This document shows, piece by piece, positions 28,476 through 37,848 of a DNA stretch of 63,458 nucleotides. Position numbers and translations under genes: made by a program. Source of the DNA: Chloroflexota bacterium (GTDB lineage: Bacteria; Chloroflexota; Dehalococcoidia; SHYB01); the NCBI GenBank assembly GCA_022572465.1, contig JACZVV010000003.1:1-63458 (forward strand). Reading direction: 5' to 3'. Below the pieces are notes generated by a model, which made no database searches, was not told the origin of the DNA, and saw only the letters and a program-made list of their open reading frames with translations. Position 1 is the first letter of the stretch; each line of letters starts with the position of its first letter.

Positions 28476-29222
28476 ATGCGCATCACCATCCTGACCCTGT
28501 TCCCCGCGATGTTCGATGGAGCGCTGGGGGAAAGCATCCTGCGGCGGGCCGTCGACCAGGGCGCGCTCCAGGTGGAGCGGCGCAACATTCGCGACTACGC
28601 GCAAGACCGGCATCATGTCGTCGACGACTCCTCCTACGGCGGGGGTCCCGGCATGCTGATGAAGCCCGAGCCCCTGTTCCGCGCGGTCGAGGACGTCCGT
28701 TGCCAGGCCGGCGAGAGCGGGACGTGGGTCGTTCTCATGAGTCCCCAGGGCAGGACGTTCACGCAGAAAACGGCGGCGGAGCTTGCAGGCAAGCCTCATC
28801 TGGTCCTGGTCTGCGGCCACTACGAAGGTGTCGACGAGCGGTTCCGAGAGCACGGCGTCGACGACGAGATCAGCATCGGCGACTACGTGCTGACGGGTGG
28901 CGAGCCGGCGGCCCTGGTGGTGATGGACGCCGTGGCCCGCTTGCTTCCCGGCGTGCTGGGCGACCCGACCTCGTCCGAGATGGACTCCTTTTCCGCCGGC
29001 CTGCTGGAGTACCCTCAGTACACCAGGCCGGCGCAGTTCCGAGCGTGGAAGACGCCGCCGGTGCTGCTCAGCGGAGACCACCAGGCCATCGCTCGATGGC
29101 GGCGGCGGCAGGCGATCCTGCGCACGTTGCGACGCCGGCCGGAGCTGCTGGACACCGCCGGTCTCTCGCCCGATGAGATCGCCGACGCCCTGGGGCCGGA
29201 CCCGGAGGGCGACGCGGCATAA
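28476..29222 (+). CDS. trmD: tRNA (guanine-N1)-methyltransferase
   Basis: [48 protein letters not shown]. Confidence 0.98.
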   Translation: MRITILTLFPAMFDGALGESILRRAVDQGALQVERRNIRDYAQDRHHVVDDSSYGGGPGMLMKPEPLFRAVEDVRCQAGESGTWVVLMSPQGRTFTQKTAAELAGKPHLVLVCGHYEGVDERFREHGVDDEISIGDYVLTGGEPAALVVMDAVARLLPGVLGDPTSSEMDSFSAGLLEYPQYTRPAQFRAWKTPPVLLSGDHQAIARWRRRQAILRTLRRRPELLDTAGLSPDEIADALGPDPEGDAA

Positions 29223-29312
29223 GGCTCTACCGAGTCTCGGGGAATTATGGTATTCTGAACCTGTTGACCTGTTGGAGTGCTTGGTCAAATTTCGTCAGCG
29301 AGTGGACCGATC

Positions 29313-29678
29313 ATGGATATGCGCGAGATACAAGAGCTGATTCCTAACCCCGCCGTGGAGGACATGAACCCTGGCGACACCGTGAAGGTCAACGCCCAGA
29401 TAAGAGAGGGCGACCGGGTTCGGACCCAGACGTTTCAAGGAGTAGTGATAAAAAAGGGCGGCGGCGGCCCCAGCGTCTCCTTTACCGTCCGGCGCATCGC
29501 TCACGGCGTTGGCGTCGAACGGACCTGGATGATTTACTCCCCCCTGCTCCAATCGGTCGAAATTGTGCGGCGTGGGAAGGTGCGGCGGGCGAAGCTCTTC
29601 TACCTGCGGGGACGCTCGGCTCGCGACGCCCGAATCAAAGAGAAGGACCGCCCGCGCCCAGCGCCCAAGCCGAAGTAG
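29313..29678 (+). CDS. rplS: 50S ribosomal protein L19
   Basis: GDTVKV, FTVRRIAHGVGVER, GKVRRAKLFYLR; follows trmD. Confidence 0.97.
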   Translation: MDMREIQELIPNPAVEDMNPGDTVKVNAQIREGDRVRTQTFQGVVIKKGGGGPSVSFTVRRIAHGVGVERTWMIYSPLLQSVEIVRRGKVRRAKLFYLRGRSARDARIKEKDRPRPAPKPK

Positions 29679-29725
29679 CCCGGCAGATCGGGCCGGTGGA
29701 CGCCCCGGCAACCGAGGGCGCGCGC

Positions 29726-32449
29726 ATGGCATACGCCGACGTCGCGGTCGGGGCCCCCGCCCAACCCGGCAAGACCTTCAGCTACTCGATACCCTCGGAT
29801 ATGCGCGTGCGCGTGGGCCATGCGGTCCAGGTCCCCTTCGGCCCACGGCAGCTCCCAGGCTTCGTGTTCGCCGTCACCGAGCTTCCCGGCTACCACGAGA
29901 CTCGAGACATCGCCCGGGTCATCGACGACGACCCCTGGCTTTCGCCGGTCCAGGTCGAGCTGGCCCTCTGGATCAGTGAGACCTATCGGGCGCCCCTGTT
30001 TCAAGCGGCGTCGCTGATGATCCCGCGCGGCTTCCGCCAGCGAGTGCTGGCGGTCTATTCGCCCGTCGACGAGCCGTCGGCGGCTGCCCTGAAACGCCTC
30101 GGAGATGCCCCGAGAGAGGTCCTGGACTACATTCTCGGCCACGGCAAGGTCGATCAGCGCGAGTTGGAGAGAAAGTTCGGGCAGCGAAATGCCATCGCGA
30201 TCCTCGGCCAGCTCGTGCGAAGAAAGCTGGTCGAGCGCGCGTGGGCTTGGCAACGCCCCAGCGTTCGGCCCAAGCTGGTCCGGCACGTGCGCTTGTCGGT
30301 GACGCCGGAGGTCGCGTCGGAGGAGCTCGCGCGGCCAGCGGGGGCTGCGGCCCCGAAACAGCGAGAGCTGCTTCAGGCCATCGCCGAGGCCGGCGACCGG
30401 GGCGTCCCGGCACCCGAGCTCATCCGCCGTTTCGGCGCTTCGGCCGGCGCGTTGAAAGCCCTCAAGGACCGCAAGGTTGTCGTCTCGGTCCAGGCGCCCG
30501 CGGGCGAGGCCACCGGACCCGGCTCGGGCAAACGTCCCAAGAGCGTGCCGCGCCTGCGTCTGGCCGTGAGCCAGGAGGAGGCCCGCGAGGAGCACGCTCG
30601 GCTCGGAGGCTCGCTCGCCCCAAGCCAACGGACGATGTTGGCGGCCATCGCCGAGGCCGGGCCGGAGGGCATCGCCGTGCCCGAGCTGGGCCAGCGGGTT
30701 GGCTCGCCCGGGCCCGCGCTGTCCGCGCTGGTGGACCAGGGCCTGGTCGCCACGTACGAGGTGCGCGTGACGCGCGACCCCTTGGCCGACCGCGACTATC
30801 CCGTGACCAGGCCTCTCCGGCTGACGCCACATCAAGAGCAGGCGTGGCGCCGCATCGCCGAGTCGCTCGACGATCGATCGGGCGACCCGCATGTATGGCT
30901 CCTTTTCGGTGTGACCGGCAGCGGCAAGACGGAGCTGTATCTTCAGGCGTTGGAGAAGGTCGTCGCCCAGGGGAAACGGGGAATCGTGCTGGTGCCGGAG
31001 ATCGCGCTGACGCCCCAGACGATCCAGCGCTTCTCCGGACGATTCCCTGGCCGGGTCGCCGTTCTGCACAGCCACCTCTCCCCGGGCGAGCAGTTCGATG
31101 AGTGGTGGCGCATCCGCGAGGGAGAATTCGACGTGGTCATCGGGCCGCGAAGCGCTGTCTTCGCGCCGCAGCCCGACCTGGGCCTCATCGTGGTCGACGA
31201 AGAGCACGAGTGGACCTACAAGCAGCAGGAGCAGCAGCCTTACTACCACGCGCGGGACGTCGCCATCAAGCTCGGGGAGCTGACCGGCGCTCCGGTCATC
31301 CTGGGCAGCGCGACTCCTTCCCTCGAGAGCTTCTATCGAGCTCGCCTCGATCGGTACCGGCTGCTGGAGCTCCCGGAGCGCATCATCGATGATGCCAGCG
31401 CAGTGGAGGCCGTGGCGGGCAGCTTGCCCACCATCGAGGTCGTCGACATGCGGGAGGAGCTGAAAAGCGGCAACCGGAGCATCTTTAGCGTCGCCCTGCG
31501 GTCCGGCATCGACAGCGCGCTGGAGTCCCGTGAGCAGGTCATTCTTTTCCTGAACCGCCGGGGCTCGGCAACGTTCGTGATGTGCCGCGATTGCGGATAC
31601 GTGGCCCGATGCCGCCGGTGCGACTCGACGCTGACCTACCACGGCGACGAGGCGAATCTCCAGTGCCACCAGTGCAACCATCGCTCGCGTCCGCCCCGGA
31701 ACTGCCCGGAGTGCTTCGGCAAACGCATTCGCTATCTGGGATTGGGGACCCAGCGTCTGGAGGTGGAGGTGGCCCAGAATTTCCCTCGCGCCAACATTCT
31801 GCGGTGGGACCGGGACGTGACCAAAGGCCGGGACGCCCACGAGGCTATTTTGAAGCAGTTTCAGGACCATGAGGCCGACATTCTCATCGGCACCCAGATG
31901 CTGGCCAAAGGCCTGCACCTTCCCAACGTCACCCTGGTGGGCGTGGTGAACGCCGACATCGGCCTCCACCTGCCGGACTTTCGCGCCGCAGAGCGGGTCT
32001 TCCAGGTTCTGTGCCAGGTCGCCGGCCGATCGGGGCGCGGTCCCGCCGGCGGGCGGGTGATCATTCAGACGTACTCGCCCGATAATCCGGCTATCGAAGC
32101 CGCCGCCCGTCAGGACTACCTGGCGTTCTACGAAGAGGAGATCGCCTTGCGGATGGAGCGGTCGCTGCCGCCCTTCACCCGCCTGATTCGGCTGGTGTAT
32201 CAGCACACCAACGGCCTCGCCACCCGGCGGGAGTGCGAGCGGGTGTACCGGCTGCTGATGGAGCGATTGCAGACGTGGGGCTTTCCCAATACCAAGGTGG
32301 TGGGCCCGGCGCCCGCGCCCTACGAACGGCTTCGGGGCCGCTTCCGGTGGCACCTGGTCGTCGAGGGGCCCGAGCCCATGCGGATGCTGGACGAGCTGAT
32401 CCTTCCCCAGGGCTGGACCGTGGACGTCGACCCGGTCCAGCTTCTGTGA
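29726..32449 (+). CDS. priA: Primosomal protein N' (replication restart helicase)
   Basis: VQVPFG, GVTGSGKTELY, VPEIALT, DEEHE, four CxxC motifs, GTQMLAKG, QVAGRSGR, VDVDP. Confidence 0.97.
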   Translation: MAYADVAVGAPAQPGKTFSYSIPSDMRVRVGHAVQVPFGPRQLPGFVFAVTELPGYHETRDIARVIDDDPWLSPVQVELALWISETYRAPLFQAASLMIPRGFRQRVLAVYSPVDEPSAAALKRLGDAPREVLDYILGHGKVDQRELERKFGQRNAIAILGQLVRRKLVERAWAWQRPSVRPKLVRHVRLSVTPEVASEELARPAGAAAPKQRELLQAIAEAGDRGVPAPELIRRFGASAGALKALKDRKVVVSVQAPAGEATGPGSGKRPKSVPRLRLAVSQEEAREEHARLGGSLAPSQRTMLAAIAEAGPEGIAVPELGQRVGSPGPALSALVDQGLVATYEVRVTRDPLADRDYPVTRPLRLTPHQEQAWRRIAESLDDRSGDPHVWLLFGVTGSGKTELYLQALEKVVAQGKRGIVLVPEIALTPQTIQRFSGRFPGRVAVLHSHLSPGEQFDEWWRIREGEFDVVIGPRSAVFAPQPDLGLIVVDEEHEWTYKQQEQQPYYHARDVAIKLGELTGAPVILGSATPSLESFYRARLDRYRLLELPERIIDDASAVEAVAGSLPTIEVVDMREELKSGNRSIFSVALRSGIDSALESREQVILFLNRRGSATFVMCRDCGYVARCRRCDSTLTYHGDEANLQCHQCNHRSRPPRNCPECFGKRIRYLGLGTQRLEVEVAQNFPRANILRWDRDVTKGRDAHEAILKQFQDHEADILIGTQMLAKGLHLPNVTLVGVVNADIGLHLPDFRAAERVFQVLCQVAGRSGRGPAGGRVIIQTYSPDNPAIEAAARQDYLAFYEEEIALRMERSLPPFTRLIRLVYQHTNGLATRRECERVYRLLMERLQTWGFPNTKVVGPAPAPYERLRGRFRWHLVVEGPEPMRMLDELILPQGWTVDVDPVQLL

Positions 32450-32523
32450 CGGCCATGGCCACGCGGCGCTACGCGTTCGGAGACACCGCGAACAGGTGCG
32501 ATCGGCATCCCCGGAGGTACGCA

Positions 32524-33327
32524 ATGCTGAAGTATTCGATGGACCAGGCCACGACCCTGAGCTGGCCCTTCGACCGGGACATTCGCTACTACGTGGAGCA
32601 AGGCATCCCGGCGGTGGGCATCCAGCGGCGGAAGCTCGAGGAGTACGGCGTGGACAAGGGCATCCGCCTCCTGAGGGATGCCGGGATGGACGTGTCGTGC
32701 ATGCTTTCGACCGGCTTCTTCTCGCTGGACGATGACGCGCAGTGGCCGGGCCAGATCGAGGAGGCCAAACGGGCGATTGCCCTGGCCGCCCGCGTGGAGG
32801 CCGACTGCCTGGTGCTGCTGTCCGGCGGGTGCGGCGCCTTGAGCTACGAGGAGGCCGAGTCGCGCTTCCTGGACATCCTGGGGAGGCTCTTGCCCGAGGC
32901 CGAGCGGATGGGGCAGCGTCTGGCCCTGGAGCCCAACAACTGCCTCCGGGTCGATTTGGGGTACATCCACACGCTGAACGACGCCCTGGACCTGGCCGAC
33001 CTGGTGGACTCGCCCTACTTCACGGTCTGCTTCGAGACGAACAACGCCTGGATCGAGCGGCGGCTGTACGAGAACATCCGGCGCCGCGCCGGGCGCATCG
33101 GCCTGGTGCAGATCAACGACTTCCGGGCCGGGACCACCTGCACCCCTTCCCGGGCGCCCCTGGGCGATGGCATCATCCCCCTGGAGCGCATCCTCAATGC
33201 ATTCGAGGAGGCGGGATACGACGGCTACTATGACGTCGAGCTGGTGGGGCCGGAGATCGACGAGATAGGCTACGAGCAAGCCGTTGCGCGCTCGCTGGAG
33301 TTCTTGAGGCGGCTGTCTGTGGGCTAG
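32524..33327 (+). CDS. Sugar phosphate isomerase/epimerase (xylose isomerase-like TIM barrel)
   Basis: LALEP, VQIND, RAPLGDGIIPL, GYDGYYDVE. Confidence 0.85.
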   Translation: MLKYSMDQATTLSWPFDRDIRYYVEQGIPAVGIQRRKLEEYGVDKGIRLLRDAGMDVSCMLSTGFFSLDDDAQWPGQIEEAKRAIALAARVEADCLVLLSGGCGALSYEEAESRFLDILGRLLPEAERMGQRLALEPNNCLRVDLGYIHTLNDALDLADLVDSPYFTVCFETNNAWIERRLYENIRRRAGRIGLVQINDFRAGTTCTPSRAPLGDGIIPLERILNAFEEAGYDGYYDVELVGPEIDEIGYEQAVARSLEFLRRLSVG

Positions 33328-33456
33328 TGGTCAGCTCAAGCAGTCCTGCGTACTCTGTCGTTCCGACGAGGAATCTGGGGTGGGGAAGCTCTCGCAAGAC
33401 GTACCGGTGAGACCGGCCACCGCCACCCCAGCTCCTCGCGCTCGCCGAGCCCGTCT

Positions 33457-34617
33457 CTACCCCTGCTTGTACTTCTTGAGCAGGTTGCGGGCGATGACCA
33501 GCTTCTGGATCTCGCTGGTCCCCTCGCCGATGATCATCAGCGGCGCATCCCGATAGTAGCGCTCCACGACGTAATCCTTGAAGTAGCCATAGCCGCCGTG
33601 GATGCGCATGGCCTCCATGGCCACCTCGGCGCACATCTCGCTGGCGAAGAGCTTGGCCATCCCCGCTTCTAGATCACAGCGTTCGCCGGCGTCCTTTTTA
33701 GCCGCAGCCTGGTAAGTCAGCAAGCGCGCGGCCTCGATCTTGGTGTACATATCGGCCAGCTTGATCTGAATCGCCTGGTGCTCGGCGATGGGCTTGCCCA
33801 TGGTGCGGCGCTGCTGAGCATAGGCGATGGCCGTCTCGAACGCCGCGGTCGCCACGCCCACGGCGCGAGCGGCGATGTTGATGCGGCCTACTTCCAGGGC
33901 GCTCATCATCTGGTAGAAGCCCTGGTTCTCCTCGTCGCCCACGAGACTCGTTGCCGGCGCGTGAAAATCTTCGAAGATCAGCTCGGAGGTGTCGATGCCG
34001 CGATAGCCCAGCTTCTCCAGGTGGCGGCCCGATCGGAACCCGGGGCCCTTCTCCAGAATGAAGCAGCTGATGCCCCGGTGCCCCGGCCGCACCTCCTTGT
34101 CGGTCTTGGCCAGGACGGCGAAGGTGGTGCCCTGCTCGCCGTTGGTGATCATCATCTTGTTGCCGTTGATCACGTAGTCGTCGCCGTCGCGCACCGCGCT
34201 GGTCTCGATGGCCGCCACGTCGCTGCCGCAGTTGGGCTCGGTGAGGGCGATGCCGCCGCGCTTCTCGCCGCTGGCCATCGCCGGAAGGTAGGCCCGCTTC
34301 ATATCGTCGGAGCCGTAGGTCTGCACGATGTAGGCCATGATCAGGTGCGAGTTGATCACCCCGGCGATGCTCATCCACCCTTTGCAGATCTCTTCGATGA
34401 TCATGGCGTAGGTGGTGTAGTCGAGGCCCATCCCGCCGTACTCTTCATCGATGATGCAACCGAAAAGACCCAGCGTCTTCATCTTCTCCACGATCTCTTG
34501 GGGGTAGATGTCGTCGTGGTCCATCTCGCTGGCAACGGGCTCGATGTCGCGCTTGACGAAGTCGCGGATCATCGCCACGATCTGCTTCTGGTCTTCAGTC
34601 ATCGTGTCAGGGGCCAT
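33457..34617 (-). CDS. Acyl-CoA dehydrogenase
   Basis: ALTEPNCGSDV, INGNKMMITNG, KLGYRG, GRINIAA, IHGGYGY, IGEGTSEIQ. Confidence 0.96.
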   Translation of the reverse strand: MAPDTMTEDQKQIVAMIRDFVKRDIEPVASEMDHDDIYPQEIVEKMKTLGLFGCIIDEEYGGMGLDYTTYAMIIEEICKGWMSIAGVINSHLIMAYIVQTYGSDDMKRAYLPAMASGEKRGGIALTEPNCGSDVAAIETSAVRDGDDYVINGNKMMITNGEQGTTFAVLAKTDKEVRPGHRGISCFILEKGPGFRSGRHLEKLGYRGIDTSELIFEDFHAPATSLVGDEENQGFYQMMSALEVGRINIAARAVGVATAAFETAIAYAQQRRTMGKPIAEHQAIQIKLADMYTKIEAARLLTYQAAAKKDAGERCDLEAGMAKLFASEMCAEVAMEAMRIHGGYGYFKDYVVERYYRDAPLMIIGEGTSEIQKLVIARNLLKKYKQG

Positions 34618-34725
34618 GTGACGCCTCCTTGGGGCTGACGCAACGCTGGTAGAAAAAGGGGCAACAGCACCTCATGCTAGCAACGGGGCTGGCAAAAGGC
34701 AACGGGAACAATCGCGGGCGAGACC

Positions 34726-35529
34726 CTAATGCATGCGCATGCCGCCGTCGACGTCGATGGCCTGTGCGGTGATGTTCTTGGCCAGGTCCGAGGCGAGGAA
34801 CGCGGCCATGTTGCCGATATCCTCCGGTGTCTGGCCCCGGCCCAAGGGGATTCGCTCCTCTGCCTTGCGGAAGATCTCCTCGTTGCTCAGCTCGGCGCGG
34901 CTCGTGTCGCGCACCTTGCCCTGGTCGTGGATTCCTCGAATCATGTCGGTGAACAGGATCCCGGGCAGGATGGCGTTGGCGTTGATGCCGAAGGGGCCGA
35001 GCTGGAGGGCCAGCGACTGGGTGTAGTTGATGTCGGCCGCTTTGCTGGCGCAGTAGTGGGGAATGACCGAGCTCCCCTGAAGGCCGCCGATGGAGGCGAT
35101 GTTCACGATCTTGCCATAGCCCCGCTGCTTCATGTGCGGGATGACGGCTTCGGAGCAGTAGACCCTCGACATAAGGTTGACCCGCAGGACCTCGGCCCAG
35201 TCCTCGTCCGACGGCTCGGCCCGGTCCTGCCAACCCGGTGCGCCGACCACGCCCGCGTTGTTGACCAGGATGTCGACCTTGCCGAAGGCTTCGAGCGCCG
35301 CCTGCACCAGGGTCTCGGCGCCCTTGCGGGTCCCGACGTCGCATTCGAGAGCGATGGCCTTCCGCCCCTTCTCACGGACCTCCTGAGCGACCGACTCCGC
35401 GTTGGCGAGGTTGATGTCGCCGATGGCCACGTCGGCGCCTTCCCGCGCCAGGCACAGGGCGATCCCGCGGCCGATCCCCCGGCCGGCGCCGGTGACGATG
35501 GCCGAGCGGCCGGCGAGCATCTCATCCAT
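34726..35529 (-). CDS. Short-chain dehydrogenase/reductase
   Basis: TGAGRGIG, NNAG, YCASK catalytic motif, DGG. Confidence 0.95.
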   Translation of the reverse strand: MDEMLAGRSAIVTGAGRGIGRGIALCLAREGADVAIGDINLANAESVAQEVREKGRKAIALECDVGTRKGAETLVQAALEAFGKVDILVNNAGVVGAPGWQDRAEPSDEDWAEVLRVNLMSRVYCSEAVIPHMKQRGYGKIVNIASIGGLQGSSVIPHYCASKAADINYTQSLALQLGPFGINANAILPGILFTDMIRGIHDQGKVRDTSRAELSNEEIFRKAEERIPLGRGQTPEDIGNMAAFLASDLAKNITAQAIDVDGGMRMH

Positions 35530-35723
35530 GGTGTCCTCCTCCTTTTGTGTTCACGCCAAGCGTCCCAATGGCGAAGGCCTGACGGCGTTCTCCTCGCAAC
35601 CAGGCGATTTCTTCCATGCCGCAAGCCCTCGGCGCGAGATATCGCGGGTTGAGCCTCAGACCCGGAATGTGGGGGGCGCCAACCCCTCGACACTCCCCGA
35701 GACGGGACCGGTCGCGGAAGGTC

Positions 35724-37061
35724 TCAGTACTCCGTGGCGCCGGTGAAGCTCCAGGCCCCGATCTTCAGCGACGGCACGCGGTTGGCGGCGAAAAACTCCC
35801 GGACCAGCTTGGTCTCCTTGCCGATGAGGCCGACGTTGCCCATCGCCTCGACGTAGCTCTGGGTGAACCGGAGGTTCTTGACCGGCCCCGCGATCTCACC
35901 GTTCTCGATGAGGAACGTCCCGTCGCGGGTCATCCCGGTCATGGTAACCGTCAGGGGATGGACGACCCTGGTGTACCAGAAACGGGTCACCAGCAGGCCT
36001 CGCTCGACCGACGCGATGAGCTCTCCGGCGGTCGCCTCACCGGGTTTGAGAAACATGTTCATGGGCATTGGGCCGATGGTGTAGGCCGGCGGCAGCGCAT
36101 GCCCCGTGGACGTGGCGCCGTCCTTGGCCGCGGTGCGGCGGTCGTGGACCGGCGATCGAGCGACGCCGTCGACGATCATATCCACCCGCCTCGCGGGCAC
36201 TCCTTCGTAGTCGAAGGGGCGCACCACTCCCGAAGGGTCCAGCCCATCGTCGGAGATGGAGACGTTGGCGCCCATGAGGCGCTGGCCCAGCTTCCCGGTC
36301 ATGAAACTGCGGCCTTCCTGGAGAGCCATGGCGCCCATCCCGGTATAGGCCAGGAAGTCCAGCATGTCGCTGACGGCGTAGGGCTCCAGCACCACGTCAT
36401 ACTCGCCGGGCTCGAGGGTTCGGGGGTCGCGTCCACGGCGGGCCTTGCCCACGGCTTCCGTTGCCACTTGCTCCGGGTCGATCTCGGCCACGTCAACCGC
36501 CAGCCATCCGGCGTGTCCCGAGCTGTCGTCGGACATCACCACGGTCATCAGCTCGGCGGTGGTCGACTCGTGGTGCGCGAACAGGCCAAGGGAGCTGCCG
36601 ATCGTGTGACCGCCGATATCGACCCGGAAGGCGCCGGCGGCCGAGAGGCCCTGCTCTTGCGCCTGCTGGCAAATGGTCCGCACCCCGGCGGCCCGCTGCT
36701 GAGGACCGAACTCGGCGGTGCCGACGTTGTACCCGTTGAGCGCCGCTAGCTTCTGCGGCTCGGGCAAGGGCAGAAAGTCGTCCAACTCGGGCAGCGTCCT
36801 GGCGATGGCCGTCGCCTGGTCCACCATCTTTTCCAGCCCCGCGTCGCTGACGTCGTTGGTCGAGGCGAGACCGTAGCGGCGCTTCAACCCAATCCGCACC
36901 GAGACGCTGGTATCCCGCTCGGCGACGTTCTGGTGGATCTCGTTGTTGGCGAACCGGGTCAGCGATGAGTCCACCGTGTGGACCGAGACCTCGGTCTGCT
37001 CTGCTTTGGACAGCCTGAGGACGGTGTCGATGAGGCGCCGCGCCTCGCGCTCAGTCGGCAT
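35724..37061 (-). CDS. TldD/PmbA-family protein (PmbA/TldE-like, no HExxxH)
   Basis: TRFANNEIHQN, PGEYDVVLEP, FDYEG, STGHA, TGMTRDG, PVKNLRF. Confidence 0.88.
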   Translation of the reverse strand: MPTEREARRLIDTVLRLSKAEQTEVSVHTVDSSLTRFANNEIHQNVAERDTSVSVRIGLKRRYGLASTNDVSDAGLEKMVDQATAIARTLPELDDFLPLPEPQKLAALNGYNVGTAEFGPQQRAAGVRTICQQAQEQGLSAAGAFRVDIGGHTIGSSLGLFAHHESTTAELMTVVMSDDSSGHAGWLAVDVAEIDPEQVATEAVGKARRGRDPRTLEPGEYDVVLEPYAVSDMLDFLAYTGMGAMALQEGRSFMTGKLGQRLMGANVSISDDGLDPSGVVRPFDYEGVPARRVDMIVDGVARSPVHDRRTAAKDGATSTGHALPPAYTIGPMPMNMFLKPGEATAGELIASVERGLLVTRFWYTRVVHPLTVTMTGMTRDGTFLIENGEIAGPVKNLRFTQSYVEAMGNVGLIGKETKLVREFFAANRVPSLKIGAWSFTGATEY

Positions 37062-37174
37062 CTGTTGGCACCTCGAGCGGTTCGTGGGCGCTCGCCGGCG
37101 GTGGAGAGCCGTCCAGCGGGCGCGGGCCGCCTCGCCGCGAAGGGAGAAACCGGCCGTGCATCAGGGCAAACGGG

Positions 37175-37204
37175 AGCCTAGCAAGCGGCGCGGCCTGTTG
37201 TCAA
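37175..37204 (-). promoter_or_regulatory. Promoter of the PmbA-like gene
   Basis: TTGACA-18 nt-TAGGCT with extended -10 TG on the minus strand. Confidence 0.55.
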
Positions 37205-37506
37205 GGTGGCGCTTGGCGCCGCCGTCGCGGGTGACCGGGTCATGCCATCGGCTCCAGGACCGGCGGTCGCAGCGGCCATGTGGACTCCGCGTCGACGAAG
37301 CCACGAAACGCCGGTCGCATAAACGCGTTGGGCCGACGCAAGCAGCTACACAGCTTTGCTAAGCGGCCGGCACGGGAAAGGCGCTTTCCGTGTGCGTTGC
37401 TCGATGGGAACGGTCGAGCGGACCCAACCTGGTCTCGCAGCCGCCTAATCCATCAACGGAAGAAAAAGGAGCAACTCGGCGGCTGTCGGCGATTTGGGAC
37501 GGAGGG

Positions 37507-37710
37507 TTATCCCTTCTTCAGGAGTGGGAGACCGGTCCGCTCGTTCTCGACGACGATATAGCCACTGGGGAGCGCGTCGATGGCATTGCTTTTCGCGTCC
37601 CCGGCAAAGTAGTAGATTGTTTGTCTCTGGCCACCTTTGAGCGTTACGACCTTCGAATGTAGGTAGTAGGTCTTCCCGGACTTCTTGCTCACGGTACTGT
37701 ATGTTGCCAT
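37507..37710 (-). CDS. Small basic hypothetical protein (67 aa)
   Basis: GAGGGGG RBS and its own promoter; KSGKTYYLH...QTIYYFA...ENERTGLPLLKK. Confidence 0.8.
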   Translation of the reverse strand: MATYSTVSKKSGKTYYLHSKVVTLKGGQRQTIYYFAGDAKSNAIDALPSGYIVVENERTGLPLLKKG

Positions 37711-37764
37711 GGAGCCCCCCTCTCAGGGATTGATGCGAGTCTCAAAATGACTCGAAGCGCGACA

Positions 37765-37793
37765 ATCTTATCATACGTGTCTATACCTGTAAA
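37765..37793 (-). promoter_or_regulatory. Promoter of the 67-aa gene
   Basis: TTTACA-17 nt-TAAGAT with extended -10 TG. Confidence 0.55.
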
Positions 37794-37848
37794 TACAGGA
37801 GTGTCCCTTCACGTTACAGCCAGGTTACAGAAGGAGGAGCCGGATCGG

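Noticed and set aside
26304-32524. Very long antisense or alternate-frame ORFs (994 and 974 aa; also 44366-47296 and 52579-55131)
   Set aside because: Shadow frames of high-GC3 genes, with no motifs and full overlap with well-supported CDSs.
35724-37061. TldD/PmbA gene as part of a RiPP cluster
   Set aside because: It lacks the HExxxH motif, and no modifying enzymes or credible precursor peptide are adjacent.
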